Source: an uncultured cyanobacterium
GTDB lineage: Bacteria > Cyanobacteriota > Cyanobacteriia > Cyanobacteriales > CAWUOF01
Length of the DNA stretch: 64,000 nucleotides
Reading direction: 5' to 3'
Assembly: GCA_963744145.1 (NCBI GenBank)
Contig: CAVUSO010000001.1
Span: forward strand, 7,008,001-7,072,000
Positions within the stretch are counted from its first letter, which is position 1; the number at the start of each line of letters is the position of its first letter. Both the position numbers and the translations under genes were made by a program. This document shows, in pieces, positions 10,185-19,113 of the stretch. Below the pieces are notes generated by a model that ran no database searches, had not been told where the DNA came from, and saw only the letters and a program-made list of their open reading frames with translations.

Positions 10185-10347
10185 ATAAGCTCTTTTCTAG
10201 GTATCTGTAAAGGTTAAATTTTAACTCAATTTAGGCGATCGCGAACCACTCTGAACTAAAAGCCCTAGTTAATTCTGGGGCTTATGGCGATCGCATTTAC
10301 CAACCACCAATCAACCTGGGATTTAATAAATGCGATCGCTTCTAGTT

Positions 10348-10569
10348 CTAACTTGCTTGTAATTTGTCATTGAGATAAATTTTCATGAGTTCATTTATCG
10401 CAACTTGACAGCTTGTTGAAGTTGCATAATGTTCCTTAAAGAGGGCGTGACGGATACCATTGTAATAGACTCCTATTCTCCATGTAGTATTAGAAAAAGG
10501 TGTGTTAACTATCGGTGTTAATGAGTATCCCTCATCGAGTAATTGTCTGAGGGTTTTTTGTATTTTCAT
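10348..10569 (-). CDS. small hypothetical protein
   Basis: 73-aa ORF between HIP1-rich spacers. Confidence 0.5.
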   Translation of the reverse strand: MKIQKTLRQLLDEGYSLTPIVNTPFSNTTWRIGVYYNGIRHALFKEHYATSTSCQVAINELMKIYLNDKLQAS

Positions 10570-10737
10570 TTTGGTTAGATGGGTAGGGTTTAATATATTT
10601 AATTTAGCACAAAATAAACTTTGCTGATCATGCTATTACGATTCAAGTTCAAGATTTTTTATACTGCGATCGCTAACCATCTCTCACAATCTCTAGCCCC
10701 CCTGGTGCTTAGTGCGATCGCATCCCAAAAATATCAA

Positions 10738-11853
10738 TCACCTCCGATAATGGTGAAGGTTAAGTGAACTAGACTCATTATCACTAGCATGGAGATAATT
10801 ATCAATGGTAATTTTCCCGCTAGAATGTCCTAATGTCTTTGTAATTACGTGAATGGGAGTATTCTTAGCTGCATGAGTAGCATGAGAATGTCTTAACCAG
10901 TGAGGTGAAGGAATTCTGGATAAACCCGCCGCCTCAGCAATTGATTTAATAATCCGTCTAATATGGCGATCGCCTATAGGTTCATTTCCTTTTTGACTAA
11001 TGAATATCGGCTCAGTCTTATCCTTGGGGTTTTGGCGGTTTGATAATAAATATTGATATAATCGAGTAGGCAATAACACATCCCGTTCCTTATCCCCTTT
11101 ACCGATTACTTTGATATAGGGTAATCCAGACTGATTAACATGAATAGCATTCCAAGTCAGAGTACCTACTTCGCCCACCCGAAAACCACCATAATAAAGT
11201 AGTTCAAATACTAATAGATTTCTCTGAGCTAGAACTTCTTGATGGGGTGTTTTAGCATTCGCGATCGCCAGTGAAGCTGCATCACTCATCAATTCAATTT
11301 CCGTTTCACTCAGAGTCCGCTCTTGTATTTTCTTTCGCTCGGCTGGAACCTTAAGCAGCATGGCACTATTACTACGCAAGTACCCAACATCACAACCATA
11401 CCTAAGAAAACTTTTCAATGAAGCCAATCTTCGTCGCACACTAGCCCGCGCTATATGTCCAAGGGTTTCCTGCTTTAAGAGAAAATTTTTATAATTATCA
11501 ATGTCTTCCTTAGTCACACTATGCAGGTTTAAATCATCCAGGTCTGGGTACTCGGTTTTTAATTTGTACTGGACAAAGTGCATCACATCATTGCGGTAAG
11601 CCCTTGCAGTTTGCTGAGACTCGCGGGAACCTAACCAACTTGAGAATAATTCACTCGTACTTGAAGCCCCAGTTATTTTTGCAGGAGCCGTCGCCCTTGT
11701 CATTGCTTCTACTGTGACCTGGATAAACGCCAACTGCTCTGGGGTGAATTGAGCGATCGCATCACCAGTAGCTTGAATAAAAGCGAGTTGCTCCGGTGTA
11801 AATTCCGGTGAGACTTTGGCGATCGCTTTCTCTGGATTACAAGGTTTTTCCAT
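10738..11853 (-). CDS. tyrosine recombinase/integrase (XerC/D-like)
   Basis: GFRVGEV, GKGDKER, HWLRHSHA, LGHSS, NYLH catalytic motifs; duplicated FTPEQLAFIQ near the N-terminus; start uncertain (11853 or 11910). Confidence 0.92.
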   Translation of the reverse strand: MEKPCNPEKAIAKVSPEFTPEQLAFIQATGDAIAQFTPEQLAFIQVTVEAMTRATAPAKITGASSTSELFSSWLGSRESQQTARAYRNDVMHFVQYKLKTEYPDLDDLNLHSVTKEDIDNYKNFLLKQETLGHIARASVRRRLASLKSFLRYGCDVGYLRSNSAMLLKVPAERKKIQERTLSETEIELMSDAASLAIANAKTPHQEVLAQRNLLVFELLYYGGFRVGEVGTLTWNAIHVNQSGLPYIKVIGKGDKERDVLLPTRLYQYLLSNRQNPKDKTEPIFISQKGNEPIGDRHIRRIIKSIAEAAGLSRIPSPHWLRHSHATHAAKNTPIHVITKTLGHSSGKITIDNYLHASDNESSSLNLHHYRR

Positions 11854-12199
11854 AATTGACGCCGCTGGTGTTACTGGTTGTCTTAATTCGGCGATCGCTC
11901 CTAATTTCAACTGATGCTACGGTCGCCAATGGTGCCAATTTTATCATCACTGGGGTCAAGAAATTTCCATAATGGTGCGCCAGGACTGAGAAAACGTCCG
12001 GTAACGCCCCTTTCCCGGACATTTATTTCCAGCTTTCCCCCCGCCCATAACATATTTTCTACACCTGCCGTGTCATCTGCAAAATGTCCATGTAAACTTG
12101 TGTTGCAGTTCGGATCTTGTTGAGATCCGCTCCAGGAGTGCTTGAGAAAAAAGCCTGTAATCAAAGCTACGTGCAGAATTGTGGTGGTTTTATCCTGAT

Positions 12200-12714
12200 G
12201 CGATCGCGCTCGTTTTTGCCAAAAGGTTGGAAATATTTCTAAAGTTGACAGGGTTTTTTAGGTTTGAGGACAGGTGGCGATCGCTAATTCCCCCCGGCGC
12301 TGGTATCAAAAGGTTGGAAATATTTCAAAAGTTGCTAAGATTTTTTAGGTTTGGTGGTGGTGGCGATCGCTAATTCCCCCGGCGCTGCTATTCAAAGGTT
12401 GGAAATATTTCAAAAGTTGCTAAGATTTTTCAGGTTTGGTGGTGGTGGCGATCGCTAAATTTCTCACCCAGCAGGTAGTCAAAGTTTGGAAATATTTCAA
12501 AAGTTGATAGAATTTTTCAGGTTTGGTGGTGGTGGCGATCGCTAAATTTCCCCCCGCTGCTAGTCAAAGGTTGGAAATATTTCAAAAGTTGAGGTAGTTT
12601 TTCAGGTTTGAGGACAGGTAGCGATCGCTAAATTCCCCCCCGCAGGTAGTCAAAGGTTGGAAATATTTCTAAAGTTGACGGTTTTTTTCAGGTTTGGGGA
12701 CTGGTGGCGATCGC
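12200..12714 (+). repeat. tandem array of six 85-87-bp units, each ending in HIP1
   Basis: GAAATATTTC at 12230, 12317, 12402, 12489, 12574, 12660; GCGATCGC at 12277, 12363, 12448, 12535, 12621, 12707. Confidence 0.95.
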
Positions 12715-12749
12715 AGATTTAACATCTCCTTTGCAACCCATCGCGGAGT

Positions 12750-12778
12750 TTGACAATAATGCCACGAAGCCTTATATT
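12750..12778 (+). promoter_or_regulatory. near-consensus sigma70 promoter upstream of the TCTP-like gene
   Basis: TTGACA-N17-TATATT. Confidence 0.7.
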
Positions 12779-12796
12779 AAATAAATGGGTTAATCA

Positions 12797-12916
12797 ATAG
12801 TTTGGACACTTTTTAGGTCTTAGCCTGAAAGCATTGAGTTTTGATTTACGGAGCGGGAGCAATAGGTTCATAAAACCTTTATTCTAGCATTGTCAATTAA
12901 AAACTGTCCAAAGTAT
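12797..12916. mobile_element. MITE-like 120-bp element
   Basis: 19-bp imperfect inverted repeat ATAsTTTGGACAsTTTTTA at both ends. Confidence 0.55.
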
Positions 12917-12964
12917 CAGTCAATTGAAATTACCAAAACCTACCTAAGCAAGGAACAGAAATAG

Positions 12965-13474
12965 ATGTATATTTATAACTGCATTTTCACGGGAAAAGAG
13001 GTATTCACAGATGCCTACCAACATAAATTAGAAGATGATTTTATTTGGGTTGTTGAAGGGAAATACCAAGAACTAAGCAATCAGCAATCTGAAGAAGAAA
13101 CCTCCGATACTGGTGAGTATAAACCTGTTGTGAATATTTTAATCAGAGATTTTCGTTTAGAAGAGCCTGTTACAATTACAAGTTTAAACGATTTTAAAAA
13201 GGCTTTAAAGAAATATACGGTTAACTTGATTGATAAGCTTAATCAAAGCGATCCTAGCCATGTTGCACAGCTTAAAGCAAAGCTGCCAAGATATGCCAAA
13301 GAATGGGCAGAAAACTTCGATAAGATCAGAGTGTATGTAACAGAGGGTGATGGCTTTGAGGTCGAAGGAACCCTTATCATAATCAAGCAAGATGTGCCAT
13401 TTGGTGAAGAAAAAGATGGTGACACCTGTAAGCTGTACGTTTTACGTGATTCTGTGGTCGCGGAGAAATGTTAG
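12965..13474 (+). CDS. TCTP (translationally controlled tumour protein)-like protein
   Basis: 169 aa; [46 protein letters not shown] and C-terminal EKC are colinear with eukaryotic TCTP motifs; AAGGA RBS. Confidence 0.85.
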   Translation: MYIYNCIFTGKEVFTDAYQHKLEDDFIWVVEGKYQELSNQQSEEETSDTGEYKPVVNILIRDFRLEEPVTITSLNDFKKALKKYTVNLIDKLNQSDPSHVAQLKAKLPRYAKEWAENFDKIRVYVTEGDGFEVEGTLIIIKQDVPFGEEKDGDTCKLYVLRDSVVAEKC

Positions 13475-13500
13475 CGTTAATTGATTCACATTGCAAATTG

Positions 13501-13837
13501 TTGGTGGTGGTGGCGATCGCTAATTCAACTCTCTACTGCCATCCAAAGTTTGGAAATATTTCTAAAGTTGCTAAGATTTTTCAGGTTTGGGACTGGTAGC
13601 GATCGCTTAATTTCCCCCGGCGCTGGTATCAAAAGTTTGGAAATATTTCTAAAGTTGATAGAGTTTTTTAGACTAGGAGACTTGGAGGCGATCGCATCTA
13701 TGCTGGGCTCGGTGGTAATCATGCCCATCCAGGGCTCGGTCGCGATATGCCAATTTTCTAACCAATTCGGGTCACAGGATTATTTAAAGGTTGGAAATAT
13801 TTCTAAAGTTGCTAGGATTTTTTAGACAGGGCGATCG
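13501..13837 (+). repeat. continuation of the ~86-bp HIP1 array (partial unit plus three units)
   Basis: HIP1 at 13513, 13599, 13688; GAAATATTTC at 13553, 13640, 13794. Confidence 0.9.
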
Positions 13838-13875
13838 GATCACCTCTAATCGCCGAATATGTGGACAAATGTGGA

Positions 13876-15150
13876 TTATGCGGCATAATTGTATCCATCG
13901 ACCCGATGCAGGATTTGGCAATATTTAGCTCTGACTGGGCTAACTTTGCCCTTTACCGTCACCATTTCAAAAACACCTGTAGCGCGAACAGTTAAACGCC
14001 CGATATGAGTTCCTGCGAATTTTCCTTTTGGCAGAGTAGCGCGGACTATATCCCCAGTTTGAAAACCAAAAAAAGTTTTCTGTCTAGTCCGATGTCTGAT
14101 GGGAAAACCAAATTTATTGGTAGTAGCCATTTGGCGTGTTCCCCATCCCTTAGCCGTAATCAGTAATGGCTTAGTAGTTTTTAATGCTAATTTCTCAACT
14201 ACTCCTACACAAGCTGCATCAAGATAGTGACGTTTTTCAATGTCTAATTTGACGCGATTGAATTTAGTTCTACCACCAGTCCCCACCTCAACAGCTAGCC
14301 CGGTTTCTTGTAACCGATGATATAATTCCCATCGGGTTGAATTGACAGCCGTTGCGTCTTTTAATGGTGCTTTTACTTGAGCTAAAACCCGTCTCAAAAC
14401 ATCTGGTTTATTGTGGAGAAATTTCTCAATCGGCTCATTACCTTTTTTCTGATTACAAGTATGACAAGCTAGGGTAAGATTACTGACTCTATCTGTTCCA
14501 CCTTTACTTTTAGCTAAAATGTGTTCAATCTCTAGGGGCGTGTTTTCAGCGCCACAATAAACACATTTTCTGCCCCATTTTGCTAGTAAGTATTCGCGAA
14601 CTTCGTACCCTTGTAGTTCCCCTTGTTGATACTCAGTACCACTAATTTCAGGATTAACTAGGGCTTGAGTATCAAACCTTACTAACTCTTGAGAAATGCC
14701 TGTAATTGGCGCAAATTTCCTCAGTCTATTTACCCAAGTTAGAGTAGTCTGTACTCGGTGTTCAAGACTAGGTGTTAACCAACCTTTGGGACGGGTTCTA
14801 TTTAGAAATCTTGTTTGGCGATAACGAGTCTTACGATTTCTTCTACCGCGACGCAGCGATCGCCGAGACTCAAGATTAGCTTTAATTGCTTGACCGCGAT
14901 GAGTTAATTCTGCACCCCAAATAACCGCATCATTAGATACTAATGCCAGACCAGTTGTTTGAGAACCTGGATCTATTTTTAACTGAACTGGTTTAGTTAT
15001 TTCAGTTGACACAGTTTTTAAGATGATCGTAAATGGAAATCTCCGCCAAACAGCAGCTTTCCCCTGATTTAATAACAATCGAGCTTGTGCTGGATGAACA
15101 GGATTAATAGGGCGCTTGCTGGTATCGATTACGAAAACAAAATTAGACAT
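13876..15150 (-). CDS. iscB: RNA-guided endonuclease IscB
   Basis: PLMP-like RPINPVHPAQARLLL, RuvC-I KIDPGS, Arg-rich helix, QELVRFD, HNH IEHI...NLTLACHTCN, HYLDAACVG. Confidence 0.95.
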   Translation of the reverse strand: MSNFVFVIDTSKRPINPVHPAQARLLLNQGKAAVWRRFPFTIILKTVSTEITKPVQLKIDPGSQTTGLALVSNDAVIWGAELTHRGQAIKANLESRRSLRRGRRNRKTRYRQTRFLNRTRPKGWLTPSLEHRVQTTLTWVNRLRKFAPITGISQELVRFDTQALVNPEISGTEYQQGELQGYEVREYLLAKWGRKCVYCGAENTPLEIEHILAKSKGGTDRVSNLTLACHTCNQKKGNEPIEKFLHNKPDVLRRVLAQVKAPLKDATAVNSTRWELYHRLQETGLAVEVGTGGRTKFNRVKLDIEKRHYLDAACVGVVEKLALKTTKPLLITAKGWGTRQMATTNKFGFPIRHRTRQKTFFGFQTGDIVRATLPKGKFAGTHIGRLTVRATGVFEMVTVKGKVSPVRAKYCQILHRVDGYNYAA

Positions 15151-15400
15151 AATTAAAACTCTGATTACTCAGGTAATTGTTTCCTCGTCAATGTTACTTA
15201 GGCTTGTTCGGCTCAACTCACTTCCTTAGCTAAATAGGGATGTTTAAAGTTGAACGGCAGAGCTACAAGCTGGAAAGCACTCGTAGGTGCCATGACCCAA
15301 ATAACGTAGTCCCTCGCTTTGCTTAGAACTGAGACTGGCCATCTCTACCCTTTATGTACTGGTTGTCCAGATATGTCCAGGGTTAAGCGGATAGCTCTGG
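15151..15400 (-). ncRNA. omegaRNA (HEARO-like) upstream of iscB
   Basis: Minus strand CCAGTCTCAG...CTACGTTA...TTAAACA...AACATTGACGAGG, typical HEARO blocks; ends approximate. Confidence 0.8.
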
Positions 15401-15462
15401 TTGTGGTTTGGTTTGAGGAGTGCGATCGCTATTAGTAATAAATTAGTTTTGTATATAACAGT

Positions 15463-16170
15463 TTATAAATATTTGTGCGAGAGAATATACCGCAGATTCC
15501 CTAAACGCACCCCAGATTCCCTATACCAAAAGTTCCAAAACATATAAACAATATTGACAATCGAAAAAATACTCCCTACCGAAACCAATAAAAGCAATAC
15601 ACTAAATACATTAAATGCACTAATACCTATATAAGCAATCATCAACTTCCTCCACATCCAGATCATCCAGATTATATACCCATAAACCCCAACCCCAAAC
15701 CACCCTGCCGCGAGCAAAAACAACATCTGCAACCAAAAATTAAACTCCCACCATACAAGGAAGCATGGTAGGTGGCCTACAGGAGCAGTGATGTTAAAGG
15801 TAAGGTTACTATATGCCAACCATTTGCCTCTTTTTCTCCATCTTACTTGCTCACCAAATTTACATTCAATTGTATAATCTGCATCTGGATGACCTCCAAC
15901 TTTCTTACTCTCCCAAATTTGTTTTTGAACACTAAATCCAAAACGACCATCAGAGTATTTAATCCATAACTGATCTATGGTACGGAGGTCTTTACATGGG
16001 AAATTTAGCCAATTGTCTTTGCTGAGACATTCTTTTTTTTCACGATCAGCAACTTTCAGCGTAAGACGGTAAGTTTCCTCATCAGCCTCTTTCCATTTTC
16101 CAGAAGCTAGTAAATCTCGCAGATTACTATAATCTATCCCTACTTCACTCTCAAGAATAATCTCGCTCAT
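15463..16170 (-). CDS. GUN4-domain protein with hydrophobic C-terminal extension
   Basis: WKEADEET, DLRTIDQLW..YSDGRFGFSVQKQIW, GHLP followed by TM-like segments. Confidence 0.9.
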   Translation of the reverse strand: MSEIILESEVGIDYSNLRDLLASGKWKEADEETYRLTLKVADREKKECLSKDNWLNFPCKDLRTIDQLWIKYSDGRFGFSVQKQIWESKKVGGHPDADYTIECKFGEQVRWRKRGKWLAYSNLTFNITAPVGHLPCFLVWWEFNFWLQMLFLLAAGWFGVGVYGYIIWMIWMWRKLMIAYIGISAFNVFSVLLLLVSVGSIFSIVNIVYMFWNFWYRESGVRLGNLRYILSHKYL

Positions 16171-16325
16171 AATTTCACCATGTTTTTATTCGATTATAAT
16201 CTATGGCTATTGGTAGTGTCTAGGATTGAGGGTGATCGCTTTCTATCATTAGTTTTGGGGTAGTGTGCGATCGCTTTGGGAGGTTTGGAGTGCGATCGCT
16301 ATTAGTAATAGATTAGTTTTGTATA

Positions 16326-16577
16326 TTACAGGTTGCAAGTCTTTGCGCGAGAAAAGATACCCACCAACCACCAAACCCAGTAAATGTAACAAAAAACCAC
16401 CCCAGAGGGTAGCGAAGGGTAGCGCGGGAGGTAGCCCAGGGGAGCGGTGGTGTTCCAAATTAGGTCACTATAGCTCAACCAAGTGCCTCCTTTTCTCCAT
16501 CCTACTTTATCAGCAAATTTGCAAGCGATCTCAATTCCAGCCATGGGATGACCTCCAACTTCCTTACTCTCCCATAT
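16326..16577 (-). pseudogene. orphan GUN4 C-terminal fragment
   Basis: IWESKEVGGHP...KVGWRK...GYLP...FSRAKTCNL; no N-terminal half upstream. Confidence 0.75.
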
Positions 16578-16677
16578 AGACCATTAGTTACAAAAATCTT
16601 CCCTCTCGTTACTCCAAAAGATATTTGGGGTAATTTTTGTTTTCTGGCGATCGTTTTAAGATTAGGTGTGCGATCGG

Positions 16678-17023
16678 CTATTGCATGGGTTCTGAACCAG
16701 CAGCACAAGAGACAGAGCTACCGTCAGGGCTAAGAGTTGGAATTTGGATAAGACTAGCAGGACCAGGACCAGTAGTTTGACAAGCAACAGCAATAGACGT
16801 ACCATTTTTGCCTACAGTAACGTAACCCACAAATGAACGCATTAATTTTGGGTCTGTAGCGTTAGCTGTAACTAGAGCTGAATTAGTTGTAGCACTAATA
16901 GAGTAAGAATAGTTACTACTTTGACTAGGTATATCAATCTTCAATTTACTGTAAGCATTAGCAAATGATGGATTTTCTAGACGATAGGCTTGTTGAGCGC
17001 GGTTGGTAGCACGCACATAACTT
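16678..17023 (-). pseudogene. type IV pilin-like (G/H family) gene, 3' part
   Basis: SYVRATNRAQQAYRLEN..FA...L.I.IPSQSSNYSYSI, two C-terminal Cys; cut by the IS at 17024. Confidence 0.75.
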
Positions 17024-18208
17024 GGGAGCATGTCACCTTTGCAAGTGAACGAATGGATAGTATAATATGATTACACCAATTAATTTCGGAAATCTGGCCA
17101 TGACACCGGACAAACAACAAATCCTCAATCAACATATCCGAGCGATCGCTGAAATTCTCTACGAGGATACTCCAAAAGAGCAATTGACGACTTTGAGTGG
17201 GATTGAACAAGCTGTGCGGCAACAAATGCTGACTCAAGTGATGCCTCAAGTAGGGGTTTTTTTATCGAATCGAGCACCAACACCACGGTGGGACGAACTC
17301 GCCAGCTCAAAAGTATTTTAGGGGACTTGCCATTAACAGAGAAACAAGCAAAATTATTATCAGTACGTCCTCATCCACAAATCAGTCCTTATGTAGAAAT
17401 GTGTTGCCTGCGGGTAAGCGCGAATGTATCCTATCAAAAGGCACAAGAAGATGTGGAGTTTTTCACAGGCATAAAAGTAGCGGCTAAGACACAGCAAAGA
17501 TTAGTACATCGACAAGAATTTACTAATTCAGTAGATGAGCCGGTCAAAGAATTAAGTGTAGATGGGGGGTAGGGGCGTATAGCAATACGCCCGTACTCGT
17601 CTGCGTACTCCCAAGGGAGAAGCCTGTATCTGGCGGGATTACAAGGCAATTAACTTAGATAAAATTTGCGTAGAAGCATTTTTTCAAGACAATGAAGCTC
17701 TGGTTAATTGGGTGAATGAACAACCGCTGGCACCGCTGGTCACCTGTCTAGGAGATGGGCATAATGGGATTTGGAATATCATCGGTCAAATTGGTGAGGA
17801 TAGTCAACGAAGAGAGATTCTCGATTGGTATCATTTAGTGGAAAATTTAGCCAAAGTTGGAGGTTCAAAGCAACGGTTAGAGCAGGCAGAATCCTATCTT
17901 TGGCAGGGAAAAGTAGCCGCAACAAAAGCTTTATTTTCTAACTGTAAGTCTCCCAAAGCTAAAAATTTCTGTAATTATCTAGATCAACATCACCATCGCC
18001 TAGTTAACTACCAATTCTATCAAGCTGAAGAGATTTGTTCAATTGGCTCAGGTGCAATAGAATCAGCAGTTAAACAAATTGGCCGACGAATTAAAATTTC
18101 TGGGGCGCAATGGCTAGCTCAGAATGTCCCACAAGTCTTGGCGCATCGTTGTGCATACCTGAATGGTCTCCTTACCATTTAATTGATCTGCAAAAGTGAC
18201 ATGCTCCC
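17024..18208 (+). mobile_element. ISKra4-family IS; transposase broken by a palindromic insertion at 17569-17596
   Basis: TIR GGGAGCATGTCACyTTTGCA; ORFs 17100-17321 and ~17288-18182 with GGGGTTTTTTT slippery site; LSVDGG, LGDG, LDWYHL, IGSGAIES. Confidence 0.88.
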
Positions 18209-18352
18209 TATAGCGATCGCCATCAATGCCATCAAAACTACTTATAATATTAATGGTTATCAATGTAGTGCAAATACTTTTTAGAGCAAATATAGCTATA
18301 AACTTTTTCAACCGTCCTGAAGTAATTTTTCAATGTAACGGAGAGAGTCTGT

Positions 18353-18907
18353 ATGTTTCAAGAATGGCGAGAACACTCTAAATTAAAACCTCGATTTCAC
18401 CCAGACTATCCAGACGATTTGCAAGTTCTTGTCCATGATGGTTATCCTCGCTTGAGTGGTCATCAGCCCGAATTAGTTTGGGTGCGTATTACTGGGTGCA
18501 AAAATAATATCTTCAGAGGAAAAGTTTTAAATCAACCCATGCAGCTTACTTCAGTCTCGAAAAATAGTGAAATTTTATTTATCATACCGGATAGCGGAGA
18601 ATACCCATTATTGGTGACAGAGAAATATCTTCAAGAACGTTCTCAATGGTTTATTCAACCATGCAATAAATGCGGTATGTCGGAGATATTCGGTACACCA
18701 TCCGAGTTAATTAGTGGTTTATTCTCAAGCAGACCAACAGATTTTAGAATGGAAGGTTTTACAGCATTCTGTGGAGTTTGCGGTGGTGTACTGGTAATAT
18801 CCCACATAGATTACAATCCAGAGGATGAGGAGAGTAGCGAAAATCAAAGCAAACTTACTTCAGACAGGTCGCACCAAAATAAGGCATGGTGGCAATTCTG
18901 GAAGTAG
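18353..18907 (+). CDS. hypothetical protein with two CxxC motifs and a WWQFWK C-terminus
   Basis: 184-aa ORF, GGAGAG RBS. Confidence 0.75.
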   Translation: MFQEWREHSKLKPRFHPDYPDDLQVLVHDGYPRLSGHQPELVWVRITGCKNNIFRGKVLNQPMQLTSVSKNSEILFIIPDSGEYPLLVTEKYLQERSQWFIQPCNKCGMSEIFGTPSELISGLFSSRPTDFRMEGFTAFCGVCGGVLVISHIDYNPEDEESSENQSKLTSDRSHQNKAWWQFWK

Positions 18908-19113
18908 CGATCGCTCAAATTAACTCAAAACCTAACCATACTTAAAACTATTGAAATATTTCTAAGGTTTTTGGCGATCGCACTACCGATTTAAGTATCA
19001 GTTAATCTGCGATCGCATCCATGAATTAAATATTAATCTTCATCGCACTTACCAATTAAGCATCAGTTAATCTGCGATCGCACTAAGAGAAATAATAATG
19101 CGATCATCAAAAT

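Noticed and set aside
12179..13825. ORFs 12179-12373, 13481-13825 and 13525-13728
   Set aside because: Translations of the DNA repeat; unit lengths vary 85-87 bp, so frame is not conserved
12200..13837. CRISPR array interpretation of the 86-bp repeats
   Set aside because: No unique spacers (variable slots are short and recur), the conserved part is too long, and no cas genes are in the window
7471..16577. GUN4 genes as the chlorophyll-synthesis gun4/ycf53, or as DGR targets
   Set aside because: Multiple accessory paralogues with aberrant C-termini; no reverse transcriptase or TR/VR pair with A-specific differences seen
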